From Anaerolineales bacterium (GTDB lineage: Bacteria; Chloroflexota; Anaerolineae; Anaerolineales; UBA11579): DNA of 64,000 bases. The position numbers and the translations under genes are program-made. The stretch lies in contig OY760067.1 in assembly GCA_963662985.1 (NCBI GenBank), positions 1,502,100 to 1,566,099 on the forward strand, written 5' to 3'. Position 1 is the stretch's first letter; each line of letters opens with the position of its first letter. The notes under the pieces are model-generated. The model was not told the DNA's origin, did not search any database, and saw only the letters and a program-made list of their open reading frames with translations. Shown piece after piece: positions 53,695-63,692 of this stretch.

Positions 53695-54958
53695 ATTCTG
53701 GTTTGGAGGGGGAGGAGAAGAAGCGGTTGGCGAGGAGGCTGGTGAGGGCGATGAGGAGGAAGAGGAGGGGGATGGAGAATTGGTCGGCGATGAAGCCAAA
53801 GAGGGGGGCGAATAGGGCGGTGAAGAGTGCTTTGAATTGGGATTCTACGGAGAGGACGGTGACGCGTTCGTTTTTTTGCATGGTGTCGCCGATGACGTCG
53901 ACAAAGAGAGGGCGGCGGACATCTTTGAGGATAAAAAGGAAGAAGTAGATGAGGATGATGGGGAGGATGAGATCTTGACGGATGCAGATGGCGAGGATGA
54001 AGAAGGCGAGGGCGAAGAGGTCGTAGAAGCGGTTCATGAGGAGGCGGGCAGGTTTTTTGTCGGTGAGGCGATAGACGTTGCGGGAGCCAATTGCGCTAAA
54101 GATGTAGAAGAAGCCGTAGATGATGGCGAGGGTGGTTTCGAGGGAGTCGTCTATGGAGAGAGATTTGAAGAGGAGGAGGGGGGAGGCAAGCAGTGCGGCT
54201 TGAAGGATGGGTTGGATATAGTCTTTGATGGATTTGAAGATGGCATCAAAGGAGGAGGAGGATAGCATGAGCTTCATTTCTTCGTTATTGCGGATGATGT
54301 TTTTGAGACTGCCGAAGAGAAGGTTGAGGAAGCTGGTGAATTGGAAGGCGCTCTTTTGTTTTTGGTTGAATTTTGCGGGGTAGGAGAGAATGAGGAAGAA
54401 GTCGGCGAGGTAGGGGATGATGCCAAAGAGGAAGAGGAGGCGGAGGTTGTCGAAGCGGAGGACGAGCAGGATGGAGATAAAGGCGGAGATGGCGGAACCA
54501 GTGAGAGAGAAGGAGCGGGTGCGTCCGTATACGAAACTTTTTTCGGAGAACCAGTTTTTTTCTTCGAGATATTCATAAATCATAGCTTTGTGGGTGCCGG
54601 AGCGGAAAGCTTCGCCAAGGCCAAAGAATAACATGGCAAAGGCAAGGAGCCAAAAGTTGGTGCCGAAGTAAAAAAAGATGAAGGAGATGATGTAGAAAAT
54701 GAAGCAGAGGTTGAGCTCAGTTTTTTTGCCGAAATGGTCAGCAAAGACACCAGAGGGAATTTCAAAGATGTAGTTGACGATCTCGCGGATGGAATAGAGC
54801 AGGCCGACTTGGAAGAGGTTGAGGTTGGCATTGAGGAGTACGAGGACTAGGAAGGGCTCAAAAAATTTCAGATCTTTAAGAAAGCCGTATGCACAGAACT
54901 TTTTAATTTGGGGGTCTTTTTTGATGATTTGGCGGGTAGTGAGGATGGGTTCGTTCAT
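53693..54958 (-). CDS. Polytopic transporter, probably MFS
   Basis: 421 aa with about 12 hydrophobic segments in two halves. The coding strand is C-rich and G-poor. Confidence 0.6.
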   Translation of the reverse strand: MNEPILTTRQIIKKDPQIKKFCAYGFLKDLKFFEPFLVLVLLNANLNLFQVGLLYSIREIVNYIFEIPSGVFADHFGKKTELNLCFIFYIISFIFFYFGTNFWLLAFAMLFFGLGEAFRSGTHKAMIYEYLEEKNWFSEKSFVYGRTRSFSLTGSAISAFISILLVLRFDNLRLLFLFGIIPYLADFFLILSYPAKFNQKQKSAFQFTSFLNLLFGSLKNIIRNNEEMKLMLSSSSFDAIFKSIKDYIQPILQAALLASPLLLFKSLSIDDSLETTLAIIYGFFYIFSAIGSRNVYRLTDKKPARLLMNRFYDLFALAFFILAICIRQDLILPIILIYFFLFILKDVRRPLFVDVIGDTMQKNERVTVLSVESQFKALFTALFAPLFGFIADQFSIPLLFLLIALTSLLANRFFSSPSKPE

Positions 54959-55057
54959 ATTTCAAATAGTAGCACTTAATGAGTAAAACGGAAAGTTTTT
55001 AGTTTCGGGGAATGATATTATGATTTAGTAATATAAAAAATTAATGTATGGTAATAT

Positions 55058-55456
55058 ATGGAAATGAAAAAATCTTTCTTTATTATTTTGGGGTTTTTGT
55101 TTTTGGGAATTGCTGTTGTGGGGATTGTTTTGCCAATTTTGCCGACAGTTCCTTTTTTGTTATTGACTTCTTATTTCTTTGTGCGGGGATCTGATCGGGT
55201 GAATGATTGGTTTGTGAACACCAAAGTGTATCAGAAACATTTGATTGTGTTCAAAGAAAAGGGTGGATTGAGTTTGAAGGCAAAGTTGTTGATTTTAATT
55301 CCTGTTTATGTGATTTTGATGGCTTTGTTTTTTGCAAAAGATATTTTGGCAATGCGAATTACGATTGTTGTTTTGCTATTGGTAAAGACGATTGTGTTTA
55401 TCAAAATGAAGACGATTTCACCAAAGGAGATGCAACAGAACGATGATGCTGAATAA
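55058..55456 (+). CDS. DUF454/YbaN-family inner membrane protein
   Basis: 132 aa. GIAVVGIVLPILPTVPFLLLTSYFFVRGSDRV is the typical YbaN N-terminus. Confidence 0.8.
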   Translation: MEMKKSFFIILGFLFLGIAVVGIVLPILPTVPFLLLTSYFFVRGSDRVNDWFVNTKVYQKHLIVFKEKGGLSLKAKLLILIPVYVILMALFFAKDILAMRITIVVLLLVKTIVFIKMKTISPKEMQQNDDAE

Positions 55457-57170
55457 ACGTTTGATTGATTTGATGGGGGCGGATAAGAAATTTGTGGGAT
55501 GGACAATCTTGTTTAAGTGGGGGGCACTTTTGACGAATGTGGGATTGTTGTTTATTTTTTCTTTTGTAATTGATAATTTTGATTTTTTTGACCCTCGGCT
55601 TTGGCGAAATGTTCTATTGGCTTTTGGCGGGATCTTATTATTCCGTTTTTTGTTTAATTATTTTTCTGTTTATTTTGCGGGAAAAGTTTCTCGAATGGCG
55701 AAGATTATTTTGCGCAATAAGGTTTATGACAAGATTTTGCGGATTCATGGTGGATTTGGGGGAGATGTTGACACGATGGAAGTTTTGCAGAATGCGACTG
55801 AGGGGATTGAGTCGTTGGAGAATTATTTTGGGCGCTATTTGCCACAATTTTTTTATGCATTGATTGCACCTGTGACTCTTTTTTTTGTGACAGCGTTTGT
55901 CTCTTTGAAGGTGGCGGTTCTCTTTATTGTTTGTGTGCCTTTGATTCCGCTTTCCATTATGTTGTTTATGAAAATTGCAAAGAAAATTATGAAAGATTAT
56001 TGGGGGGCTTATGTTGATTTGGGCGGGACATTTTTGGAGAATTTGCGGGGTTTGACCACTTTGAAATTGTTTGAGGTGGCGGATGTGGCGCATGAAGAGA
56101 TGGATGAAGAGGCAGAGTCTTTTCGAAAGATGACGATGCGTTTGCTGGGGATGCAGTTGAATTCGGTGACGATTATGGATTTGGTGGCTTATGGGGGGGC
56201 TGCAGCTGGGATTTTGGTTGCACTTTTTGAATTGAGGGCGGGTGCGATCTCTGTGGGTGAGTTTGTGTTTGTGGTTTTGATTGCGGCTGAGTTTTTTATT
56301 CCGTTGCGGCTGTTGGGCTCTTTTTTTCATGTGGCAATGACGAGTGTGACTGCGTCTGAGAAAATTTTTGATTTGTTGGCGATTGAAGAACCTTTTTTTG
56401 GGGATCGAGTTTTGGGTGAAATTGACACTTTGGAAATGCAAGGTGTGGATTTTGCGTATGATGAACGAGAGATGATTTTGAGTGGTTTAAATTTTATGAT
56501 CCGTAAGGGAGATTCGGTGGCTTTTGTGGGGGATAGTGGGAGCGGAAAAAGCACGTTGGCGAATTTGTTGATGGGGTTGCGCAAGCCTTTTCATGGAAAT
56601 GTTTTGGTGAATGGGGAAGCGATTGATAGTTATTCTTTTGAAGATTTGATGAAACGGATTACTTTGATTTCGACGAATAGCCCTGTTTTTGGGATGACGA
56701 TTCGAGAGAATTTGTTGATTGCAAATCCAAATGCTACTGAGGAAGAACTGTTTGAGGTGCTGGAGAAAGCACAGTTGTTGAAGGAAGTTTTGGGATTTCC
56801 TTTGGGCTTGGATACGGGGGTGGGCCAGCAGGGAAGTGAGCTTTCTGGAGGGCAGAAGCAACGATTGGCGATTGCACGGGCTTTGCTTGCTGACCGGGAG
56901 GTTTTGATTTTTGATGAAGCTACTTCGAATATTGATAGTGAGAGTGAAGAATTGATTTGGAAGGTGATTGAAGGATTGAGCGGGAGCAAGACGTTGATTG
57001 TGATTTCCCATCGTTTGGAAACGGTTCGATTTGTGGACCGGATCTTTTTGTTGGGGGGAGGGGAAATTTTGGAAGAGGGGAAGCATGAGGCTTTGATGGT
57101 GAATGATGGCAGGTATGCTGCTATGGTGAGGATGCAAAAGGAATTGGAAAGTTATCGGGGAGGGTTTTGA
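55443..57170 (+). CDS. ABC exporter half-transporter (TMD-NBD), CydD-like member of a heterodimeric pair
   Basis: 575 aa. Walker A GDSGSGKST, signature LSGGQKQRLAIARAL, Walker B LIFDEATS. Confidence 0.88.
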   Translation: MMLNKRLIDLMGADKKFVGWTILFKWGALLTNVGLLFIFSFVIDNFDFFDPRLWRNVLLAFGGILLFRFLFNYFSVYFAGKVSRMAKIILRNKVYDKILRIHGGFGGDVDTMEVLQNATEGIESLENYFGRYLPQFFYALIAPVTLFFVTAFVSLKVAVLFIVCVPLIPLSIMLFMKIAKKIMKDYWGAYVDLGGTFLENLRGLTTLKLFEVADVAHEEMDEEAESFRKMTMRLLGMQLNSVTIMDLVAYGGAAAGILVALFELRAGAISVGEFVFVVLIAAEFFIPLRLLGSFFHVAMTSVTASEKIFDLLAIEEPFFGDRVLGEIDTLEMQGVDFAYDEREMILSGLNFMIRKGDSVAFVGDSGSGKSTLANLLMGLRKPFHGNVLVNGEAIDSYSFEDLMKRITLISTNSPVFGMTIRENLLIANPNATEEELFEVLEKAQLLKEVLGFPLGLDTGVGQQGSELSGGQKQRLAIARALLADREVLIFDEATSNIDSESEELIWKVIEGLSGSKTLIVISHRLETVRFVDRIFLLGGGEILEEGKHEALMVNDGRYAAMVRMQKELESYRGGF

Positions 57171-58828
57171 TGAAAAAATTTTTTGATGATGTGAAGATTT
57201 TGGTCCGTTTGTTGGTTCACTTGAAGTCTTTGACGTTTGTGATGATGTTGACCATTTTGTTTGGGGTGTTGGGGTATCTTGCGGCTTCGGGGATTCTTGT
57301 TTTTTCTGTTTTGGGTGCGATGCGTTTTTTGGGATTGGCAATTTCTATTCCGATTAAAAGAGTGGTGTTGGTGGTGATTGTTTTGGCGGTTGGGCGGGGA
57401 TTTTTTAAGTATTTTGAACAATTATCTGGTCACTTTGTGGCATTTCGGATTTTGGCTGATTTACGGTCTGAGGTTTTTGAAAAGCTGAAAACTTTGGCTC
57501 CGGCGAAATTAGATTTGAAAGATCAGGGAGATTTGGTGACTATTTTGACTGCTGATGTTGAAGCATTGGAAGTGTTTTATGCACATACGATTGCGCCGAT
57601 TATGATTAGCCTTTTGACAGGGCTGGTCTTTTTAGGGGGTCTGTTTTGGATCGATCCTGCTTATGCTTTGTTGGCTTTGGGGGCTTATGTGTTGCTTGGG
57701 GTTGTGCTTCCTTTTGTTTTTCGCTATTTATCGGATGCAGATATGGCGAAATATCGAGAAGGGTTTTGGCAGTCTAATTCTTATTTTTTGGATGCTTTGC
57801 AGGGATTGAGTGTGACTTTGTTTTTTGGCTATCAGGAAAAAAGCAAGGCTGCGATTGAAAAGCGGTCTGAGGCGTTGAGTGATCAAATTGAAAAAGTGAA
57901 AAAGATGGAAGCGATTAATTTTGCTATGTTTGACGGTTTGGTTTTGCTTTTTATGATGTTGAATTTGCTGATGGGGGCATGGTTGTGGTCGGCAGGGAGG
58001 GTTGATTTTTCAGGCGTTTTGGTTTCTTTTGTGGCATTTTCCTCTTCTTTTGGGGCAGTGAGCGCGATTTCGGCTTTGTCTACTGTTTTTTCGGGGACGA
58101 TTGCTTCGGCAAGACGGCTTTTTGAAGTTTTGGATGAAAGCCCTTTGGTGGAGGAAGTGGCGGGAGAGGATGTTTTGAGAACTGCTGATTTTGATTTTGA
58201 TCAAGTGGGATTTTATTATCCAAATCGAGAGAGGTGGGTTTTGAAAGATTTGACGTTTTCAATGAGAGAAAAGGGGATTTTGGCGATTGTTGGAGAGAGT
58301 GGGGTGGGGAAGAGCACGATTTTGAAATTGATGATGCGATTCTATGACCCTATTTTGGGGCGGGTGTCGCTTGATGAGGTCTCTTTGGATGAGATGGCGA
58401 CGAAGACTTTGCGGGGAACGCAGGCATTGATTGCTCAGAAAACATTTTTGTTTAATGCGACGATTGAAGAGAATATTCGGATGCGCAATTTTGAAAAGCC
58501 TTTTGAGGATGTGGTGCGGGCAGCGGAGAAAGCGGCGATTCATGATTTTGTGATTTCGTTACCGGAAGGATATGCAACGCCGGTGGGTGAATTGGGGGAA
58601 CGATTATCTGAAGGACAAAAACAAAGGATTGGGCTGGCGAGAGCTTTTTTCAAGGATAGTGAGGTTTTGCTTTTGGATGAACCGACAAGCAATTTGGATG
58701 TGTTGAATGAGGCGGTGATTTTGAAAAGCCTTAAAGAAGGAGCTGGCGACCGACAGGTTGTTTTGGTGTCTCATCGACAGAGCACCACTGCGATTGCTGA
58801 TGAAATTTTTGATATTACTGAACGATAA
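57167..58828 (+). CDS. ABC exporter half-transporter (TMD-NBD), CydC-like partner
   Basis: 553 aa. Walker A GESGVGKST, signature LSEGQKQRIGLARAF, Walker B LLLDEPTS. It overlaps the upstream gene by 4 nt. Confidence 0.88.
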   Translation: MMKKFFDDVKILVRLLVHLKSLTFVMMLTILFGVLGYLAASGILVFSVLGAMRFLGLAISIPIKRVVLVVIVLAVGRGFFKYFEQLSGHFVAFRILADLRSEVFEKLKTLAPAKLDLKDQGDLVTILTADVEALEVFYAHTIAPIMISLLTGLVFLGGLFWIDPAYALLALGAYVLLGVVLPFVFRYLSDADMAKYREGFWQSNSYFLDALQGLSVTLFFGYQEKSKAAIEKRSEALSDQIEKVKKMEAINFAMFDGLVLLFMMLNLLMGAWLWSAGRVDFSGVLVSFVAFSSSFGAVSAISALSTVFSGTIASARRLFEVLDESPLVEEVAGEDVLRTADFDFDQVGFYYPNRERWVLKDLTFSMREKGILAIVGESGVGKSTILKLMMRFYDPILGRVSLDEVSLDEMATKTLRGTQALIAQKTFLFNATIEENIRMRNFEKPFEDVVRAAEKAAIHDFVISLPEGYATPVGELGERLSEGQKQRIGLARAFFKDSEVLLLDEPTSNLDVLNEAVILKSLKEGAGDRQVVLVSHRQSTTAIADEIFDITER

Positions 58829-58925
58829 ATTTTGGCTTGGTATATGGTTGAGATAGCGTTTTTTTTGATTCTGAAAAAAAATATCGATGCTTGCCATGGG
58901 GGGGAGTTCGTGATTAAATTGATTT

Positions 58926-60104
58926 ATGAACGAAATTACTTATCGACATATTTTACTTAAAGATCTGGTGCCTTGGGCTGAAGAAATTGTGAGTAAGGCA
59001 GGTGAAGGCGACTTTGTGCCGATTACTTTGCATCGTGCGGAGGCAATGGCGGCGAACCCTTATGGGGCGCCGGAAGATGTGAGCATGATTGCGGCTTATT
59101 TGGGGGATAAGTGTGTGGGCTATTTTGGGGTGATGCCGATTATGGTAAAGCTGGGGGATGTGTTGGAGAAGATTTCTTGGTTTACGACTTGGACCGTGGC
59201 TCCGGAAACGCAGGGGATGGGCGTGGGAAGCGGGTTGTTGAAATCGGCTTTGACGATTGAAGAAGATTTTATGATTGTGGGGAGCCATTTTGCGGTGCGG
59301 GCTTGCGAGAAGCAAGGGTTTGCACGGTTTGAAGATTTTGAATATAGCATGATTGATTTGCGATTGTTGGGGAAGTATAACCCTGTGTCTGTGGGGATGC
59401 GTTTGTTGCGCAAGGCTTCGACTGTGGTGGGGAAGGAATGGCAGGTGGAGCCGAAGATTCAGAAGGTGAATCAGTTTTTTGCGAAGTTTTATGTGCCGAT
59501 GGTGGGGGAAACAATTTATGCAAAGACGTTGAAGGAATTGGATGCAGCGGTGACGTTGGAAATGAAGGGGATTGAGATTCGACGCGTGCCGAAGGTGGCG
59601 GAGATTGAATTGGAACTGTTGCCTGAGTTTGCTTTTTTGCGTGATGAAAAGGTGATTAATTGGATGCTGAATTATCCTTGGGTGGCAAAGACGGGGGAAT
59701 CGGCTACGGAAAAGATGAATTATTATTTTACGGATGCGCGAGATGAATTTGAGATGCAAGCGTATGAATTTTATGAAGGGGCGAAACGCGTGGCTGTGGT
59801 GACTTTGATGGTGACGAAGATTGGGAAAGATCGACGTCAGGTGCGTGTTTTGGATTGTTTGGCGGAGGATGCGCTGTTGCCATTGATTCGTAAGTTTGTG
59901 GTGGATGTGGCGCAGGACTATGGGGCGGTGCAGATGATGGGGGATGTGCGGGTGCTGGGTGCTTTGGCAGAGACGGCGATAGGGAAGGTATATGAAGTCA
60001 AGGAACGCACGTATCAGACGATGACGAAGAAGGATTCTGTTTTCGCAAAGGATTGGGAGAAAATCACAAAACGATTTGCAGATGGCGACATGGCGTTTAC
60101 TTAG
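58926..60104 (+). CDS. Hypothetical protein with an N-terminal GNAT-like acetyltransferase motif
   Basis: 392 aa. VGYFGVMPI...WTVAPETQGMGVGSGLLKSAL resembles the GNAT acetyl-CoA-binding motif A. I do not recognise the remainder. Confidence 0.5.
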   Translation: MNEITYRHILLKDLVPWAEEIVSKAGEGDFVPITLHRAEAMAANPYGAPEDVSMIAAYLGDKCVGYFGVMPIMVKLGDVLEKISWFTTWTVAPETQGMGVGSGLLKSALTIEEDFMIVGSHFAVRACEKQGFARFEDFEYSMIDLRLLGKYNPVSVGMRLLRKASTVVGKEWQVEPKIQKVNQFFAKFYVPMVGETIYAKTLKELDAAVTLEMKGIEIRRVPKVAEIELELLPEFAFLRDEKVINWMLNYPWVAKTGESATEKMNYYFTDARDEFEMQAYEFYEGAKRVAVVTLMVTKIGKDRRQVRVLDCLAEDALLPLIRKFVVDVAQDYGAVQMMGDVRVLGALAETAIGKVYEVKERTYQTMTKKDSVFAKDWEKITKRFADGDMAFT

Positions 60105-60195
60105 GATGTGAGTGCTAGGAAGCTGTTTCAATGCTGTTGTTTAATGAAATTGTTGAGCTTTAGAAACACCTTTCTTTAAAAGAAAAGAAGTGATT

Positions 60196-61218
60196 ATGAA
60201 AGAAAAAATTAAAGGATTGGTAAAAAAATCTTTACGGTTTGTGCCGTTGAGTGTGTTTAAAGAATTGTTCCCGATGGAGTTGACGGGATTTTTCTACCAT
60301 GCGGTGACGAATGGGGAGATGCTGCATGTGAAGAATTTATATCCGCCAGTTTCAGCTGAAGATTTTGAGGCAACTTTGGTGGCATTGAAGAAACGCTATA
60401 CGTTTGTGAGCTATGCGGATTTGGTGGCGGCGTTTGAAGGCAAGGCATATTTGCCTAAGAAAGCGGCTCATTTATCTTTTGATGATGGGTTTGTGGAAAA
60501 TTATACGGTGGTGATGCCCATTTTGCAGAAGTTGGAAATTCCATGTATGTTCTTTTTGACGAGTGAATGGATTGATAATCAGGCGTTGTTCTATCGTTCG
60601 AAGGTGTCTTTGTGCGTGGAGAAAGTAAATACGATGAATGAGGCGGCGTTGAATGCTTCTATTGAGACGATTGGTGATGATGGGGTGACGGACAAGGATT
60701 CTTTGCTACGGAAGGTGATGCGTTTTAAGCAAGAAGATGAGGATGAAGTGAGCCGTTATTGTGCGGCGTTGGGGGTGGATACGGATGCGTATTTGAAGGA
60801 AGCACAACCATTTTTGAGTACAGTGCAGATTCAAGAGATGTATGCGGCGGGATTCACTTTTGGGGGACATTCGGTTTCACATCGTAAGTTTGTGCAGTTG
60901 CCTGTGGAACGAGTGGAAGCGGAGATTGTGGATTCTTGCAAGAAAATTCAGGAAATCACGGGGCAGAAAGAAGTGCCGTTTGCGTTTCCGAACAGTGCAA
61001 CGGGGTTTGATCGTAAGTTGTTGACTGAGATTCGTGAAAAAAATGTGGTGTTGGGGTTGATTTTTAATTCAAAAGGATTGTTGCCGGATGAGCCTTATTT
61101 GTTTAATCGAATTTGGATGGAACGAAAATTGAAAAATGGGAAGCGAACGTGGCAGGCTTATTTGAAGGATGCCTATGAAGGATTTGTGTGGGATAAGATT
61201 TTGAATTGGCGACGATAA
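60196..61218 (+). CDS. Polysaccharide deacetylase (NodB-homology, CE4-like)
   Basis: HLSFDDGF (Asp-Asp motif) and GGHSVSH (His-His motif). ATG 60196 is preferred over GTG 60190. Confidence 0.78.
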   Translation: MKEKIKGLVKKSLRFVPLSVFKELFPMELTGFFYHAVTNGEMLHVKNLYPPVSAEDFEATLVALKKRYTFVSYADLVAAFEGKAYLPKKAAHLSFDDGFVENYTVVMPILQKLEIPCMFFLTSEWIDNQALFYRSKVSLCVEKVNTMNEAALNASIETIGDDGVTDKDSLLRKVMRFKQEDEDEVSRYCAALGVDTDAYLKEAQPFLSTVQIQEMYAAGFTFGGHSVSHRKFVQLPVERVEAEIVDSCKKIQEITGQKEVPFAFPNSATGFDRKLLTEIREKNVVLGLIFNSKGLLPDEPYLFNRIWMERKLKNGKRTWQAYLKDAYEGFVWDKILNWRR

Positions 61219-61230
61219 GGTTGATTATGA

Positions 61231-61266
61231 AAGAGGTGGCCCTTTGATGGACCACCTCTTTTTTGT
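61231..61266 (+). terminator. Intrinsic terminator between convergent genes
   Basis: AAGAGGTGG...CCACCTCTT followed by TTTTGTTT. Confidence 0.75.
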
Positions 61267-61983
61267 TTAATTGGTTTTTTGTTTTTGATAGAGCCAGATG
61301 CTGATGACCACCATGATGAGGATGATGCAGAGCATGGGGAAGAGCTGCAAAAAGTCGATGGTGGTTGATTGCATGGCGGTGAATCCCCAATAGGCGGGGA
61401 GGAGCTGGCCGATTTTGCCGAGGACTGGGGGGAGGAGATCGATGGGGAACATGATGCCGGCGAGCATGACGGAGGGGAGGAAGAAGATTTGGGAGATCAT
61501 GGTGAGGCGGGAGGCGTTTTTGACGGCGAGGCCGAGAACGGTGCCGATGTAGATGCTAGATATAAGGAAGAAGATGAGGCCTATGAGGAAGGGAAAGATG
61601 GCTTGAGGAGGCGTGGCTCCGAAGGCTAGGGGGGAGATGAGGATGATGACCAAGCTCATGAGGAAGAGATGGAGGAAGGCGGAGATGAAGTTGTTGAGGA
61701 TGCCTGTCCAGAGTGGGATGCGACCGACTTGATAGGCTTTTTTGATGTCACTGTTGAATAGGTCTACTAAGGGAGAGGGGGTGCCAAGGAAGGCGCCCAT
61801 GGTGGCCCCAAAGACAACCATGGTTTGAACGAGGGTGTCTTTGGCGGTGGGGTTGATGGAGGAGAAGATGCCGCTCATAAATGCAAAGAAGAGCAGGGGG
61901 ACGACGTAATAAGTGAGGAGGATGCTGCGATTGCGAATGTCTAGTTTCCATTGTAATTGGATGCCGTTTAGGAATGCTTTCAT
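61267..61983 (-). CDS. ABC-2 type transporter permease
   Basis: 238 aa with six TM segments. It abuts the upstream ATPase gene, sharing 1 nt. Confidence 0.72.
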   Translation of the reverse strand: MKAFLNGIQLQWKLDIRNRSILLTYYVVPLLFFAFMSGIFSSINPTAKDTLVQTMVVFGATMGAFLGTPSPLVDLFNSDIKKAYQVGRIPLWTGILNNFISAFLHLFLMSLVIILISPLAFGATPPQAIFPFLIGLIFFLISSIYIGTVLGLAVKNASRLTMISQIFFLPSVMLAGIMFPIDLLPPVLGKIGQLLPAYWGFTAMQSTTIDFLQLFPMLCIILIMVVISIWLYQKQKTN

Positions 61984-62846
61984 TATTTGACCTCTCTTGC
62001 AATTTCGATAAAGCGTTGTTCTAGGGTGGCGTGTTCGATTTTGATGTCTTGAACGGTGTGATTGTTTTGGTTGGCGTATTGAAGGAGCTCGATGAGCCCT
62101 TGACTGATGTCTTTGGTGGTGAAGATGGCGTAGTCTTGTTTGTGTTGTTCAAATTCAGAGAAGGTGAAGTTGGTGGGTAAAATGGGATCTGTTTTGATGT
62201 GGATGTTATAGAGGGCGCTGACGGAGCTGGTGAGTTGAGCAGCGGTCCCGATGAAGGCGATGTGTTTTTGATCGAGGATGGCGATGCGGTCACAGAGGCT
62301 TTCGACTTCGGCCATGTCATGACTGGCCATGATGAGGGTTTTTCCTTGTTGTTTGAGGGAGCGGATGACATCATGCAGGGAAGCGCGGGCTTCGACATCT
62401 AGACCGGCAGAAGGTTCGTCTAGGAAGATGATGTCGGGATCGCCGATGAGGGCGATGGCGAGATGGAGACGACGCTTTTGACCGGTGGAGAGTTGGTGAT
62501 ATTGGAGGTCTTTGATTTGGTCGATGCCAAAGGTGTGGAGATGATCGGGATTGGGGGTGGTTTTGTTCCAGAGGGAGAACATTTGAATGGCTTCGATTGG
62601 CTTGATCTCTTTGGGGAGGGAGGTGGATTGAAGTTGGACGCCGAGTTTGCCGTTGACTTGGATGGTGCCATTTTGATAGGAACGGAGACCTTCGATACAT
62701 TCTAGGGTGGTGGTTTTGCCGGCGCCGTTGGTGCCGAGGAGACCAAAGATTTCACCTTTTTGAATCTCAAATGAGATGTCTTCTATGACGGGGGTGCTGC
62801 CATAGGATTTGGAGAAGTTCTCCACTTTGATGATGGGGTGATTCAT
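61983..62846 (-). CDS. ABC transporter ATP-binding protein
   Basis: Walker A GTNGAGKTT, signature LSTGQKRRL, Walker B IFLDEPSAGLD. Confidence 0.92.
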   Translation of the reverse strand: MNHPIIKVENFSKSYGSTPVIEDISFEIQKGEIFGLLGTNGAGKTTTLECIEGLRSYQNGTIQVNGKLGVQLQSTSLPKEIKPIEAIQMFSLWNKTTPNPDHLHTFGIDQIKDLQYHQLSTGQKRRLHLAIALIGDPDIIFLDEPSAGLDVEARASLHDVIRSLKQQGKTLIMASHDMAEVESLCDRIAILDQKHIAFIGTAAQLTSSVSALYNIHIKTDPILPTNFTFSEFEQHKQDYAIFTTKDISQGLIELLQYANQNNHTVQDIKIEHATLEQRFIEIAREVK

Positions 62847-62890
62847 TTTTTTTACTCCTTAATTGTCCCTTTTTGATGCTTGAACCTTTT

Positions 62891-63664
62891 TTAGATTTGA
62901 ATATTGTTTGATTTGAAATAAACATTGACGGCTTCACTGATGTAGTCGGTGATATAGAGCTGCCTTTGTTTGATTTCTTCGTCCCATTGGTCTTTGCTTT
63001 CTTCAAAGTCCATGAGTTTGTTGAGGAGTTGCATGTCGCCACCGGTGAATTCGGTGACCATGTTCCAGAATTCATGGGTAATTTTTTGTGCGACGGGAGA
63101 GGAGGGGGAGATACCTTCTTTTTTTAGTTTGTAAAATTGGTTGCTGAGGTGGTCCCATGTTTTGTAGAGATTGGCGCTGATTTGTTGGTCTTGTTCGTAT
63201 TTGGTTGAGATGTGTTCTAGGAGGGAAGGGTCCATGTGTTTGACGGGCCAGATGTTTTCGTTTTTGATGCGGAGCATGTAGATGATGGTGGCGTATTTAT
63301 CGAAATCGACCTCTTGCATTTGGGTGACTTCTTTTTCGAGCTGTTGGATGGCTTGTTGAATGTGGTGGAGGTGTTGGATTTGTTTTTGAATGGCATTTTT
63401 TTGATTTTTGAGCACTTCGAGAACTTCATCTGGAGTGTTGAGGGGGATGAGGTTGTTTTTGATCTGGTCTAATGAAAATCCAAGGTATTTCATGGAGAGA
63501 ATCTGGTATAGTTTGACCACCTCTTTTTTTGAATAGCGCCTTTTGCCTTGCGCATCTCGGTGAGATGGTTTGAGAAGATCAATCTTATCGTAGTATTGTA
63601 GGGTGCGAGCGGTGATATCCATTTTATTGGCAAGTTCGCCGACGGTGAGTAGCTCTTCTTTCAT
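62891..63664 (-). CDS. MerR-family transcriptional regulator with a long C-terminal effector domain
   Basis: LTVGELANKMDITARTLQYYDKIDLLKP is a MerR HTH. It is followed by a coiled-coil and a C-terminal domain of about 130 aa. Confidence 0.9.
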   Translation of the reverse strand: MKEELLTVGELANKMDITARTLQYYDKIDLLKPSHRDAQGKRRYSKKEVVKLYQILSMKYLGFSLDQIKNNLIPLNTPDEVLEVLKNQKNAIQKQIQHLHHIQQAIQQLEKEVTQMQEVDFDKYATIIYMLRIKNENIWPVKHMDPSLLEHISTKYEQDQQISANLYKTWDHLSNQFYKLKKEGISPSSPVAQKITHEFWNMVTEFTGGDMQLLNKLMDFEESKDQWDEEIKQRQLYITDYISEAVNVYFKSNNIQI

Positions 63665-63692
63665 TTTTTGCTCCTTTTCTCCTCTTGGAGGA

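Noticed and set aside
53667-54831. Plus-strand ORFs (93, 142, 96 aa) and alternative-frame minus-strand ORFs (100, 83 aa) inside the MFS-like gene.
   Set aside because: Same compositional artefact. The translations are E/G/D-rich or S/P/T-rich repeats.
55638-57421. Long minus-strand ORFs (267, 284, 119, 89 and 85 aa) antisense to the two ABC exporter genes.
   Set aside because: These are proline/glutamine/histidine/lysine-rich low-complexity translations. The plus-strand frames carry complete Walker A, signature and Walker B motifs. They are an artefact of strand composition.
58953-60131. A 392-aa minus-strand ORF that exactly mirrors the 392-aa plus-strand gene at 58926-60104.
   Set aside because: Its translation is low-complexity (H, R, P, Q, I, L rich) with no motifs. 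The plus strand here is A/C-poor, so its complement has almost no stop codons. The plus-strand frame has a GNAT-like motif and normal composition. This is a shadow ORF.
61103-63472. Numerous alternative-frame and antisense ORFs across the ABC-2 permease, ABC ATPase and MerR genes.
   Set aside because: All are low-complexity. The chosen frames contain the Walker and signature motifs, six TM helices and a MerR HTH respectively.
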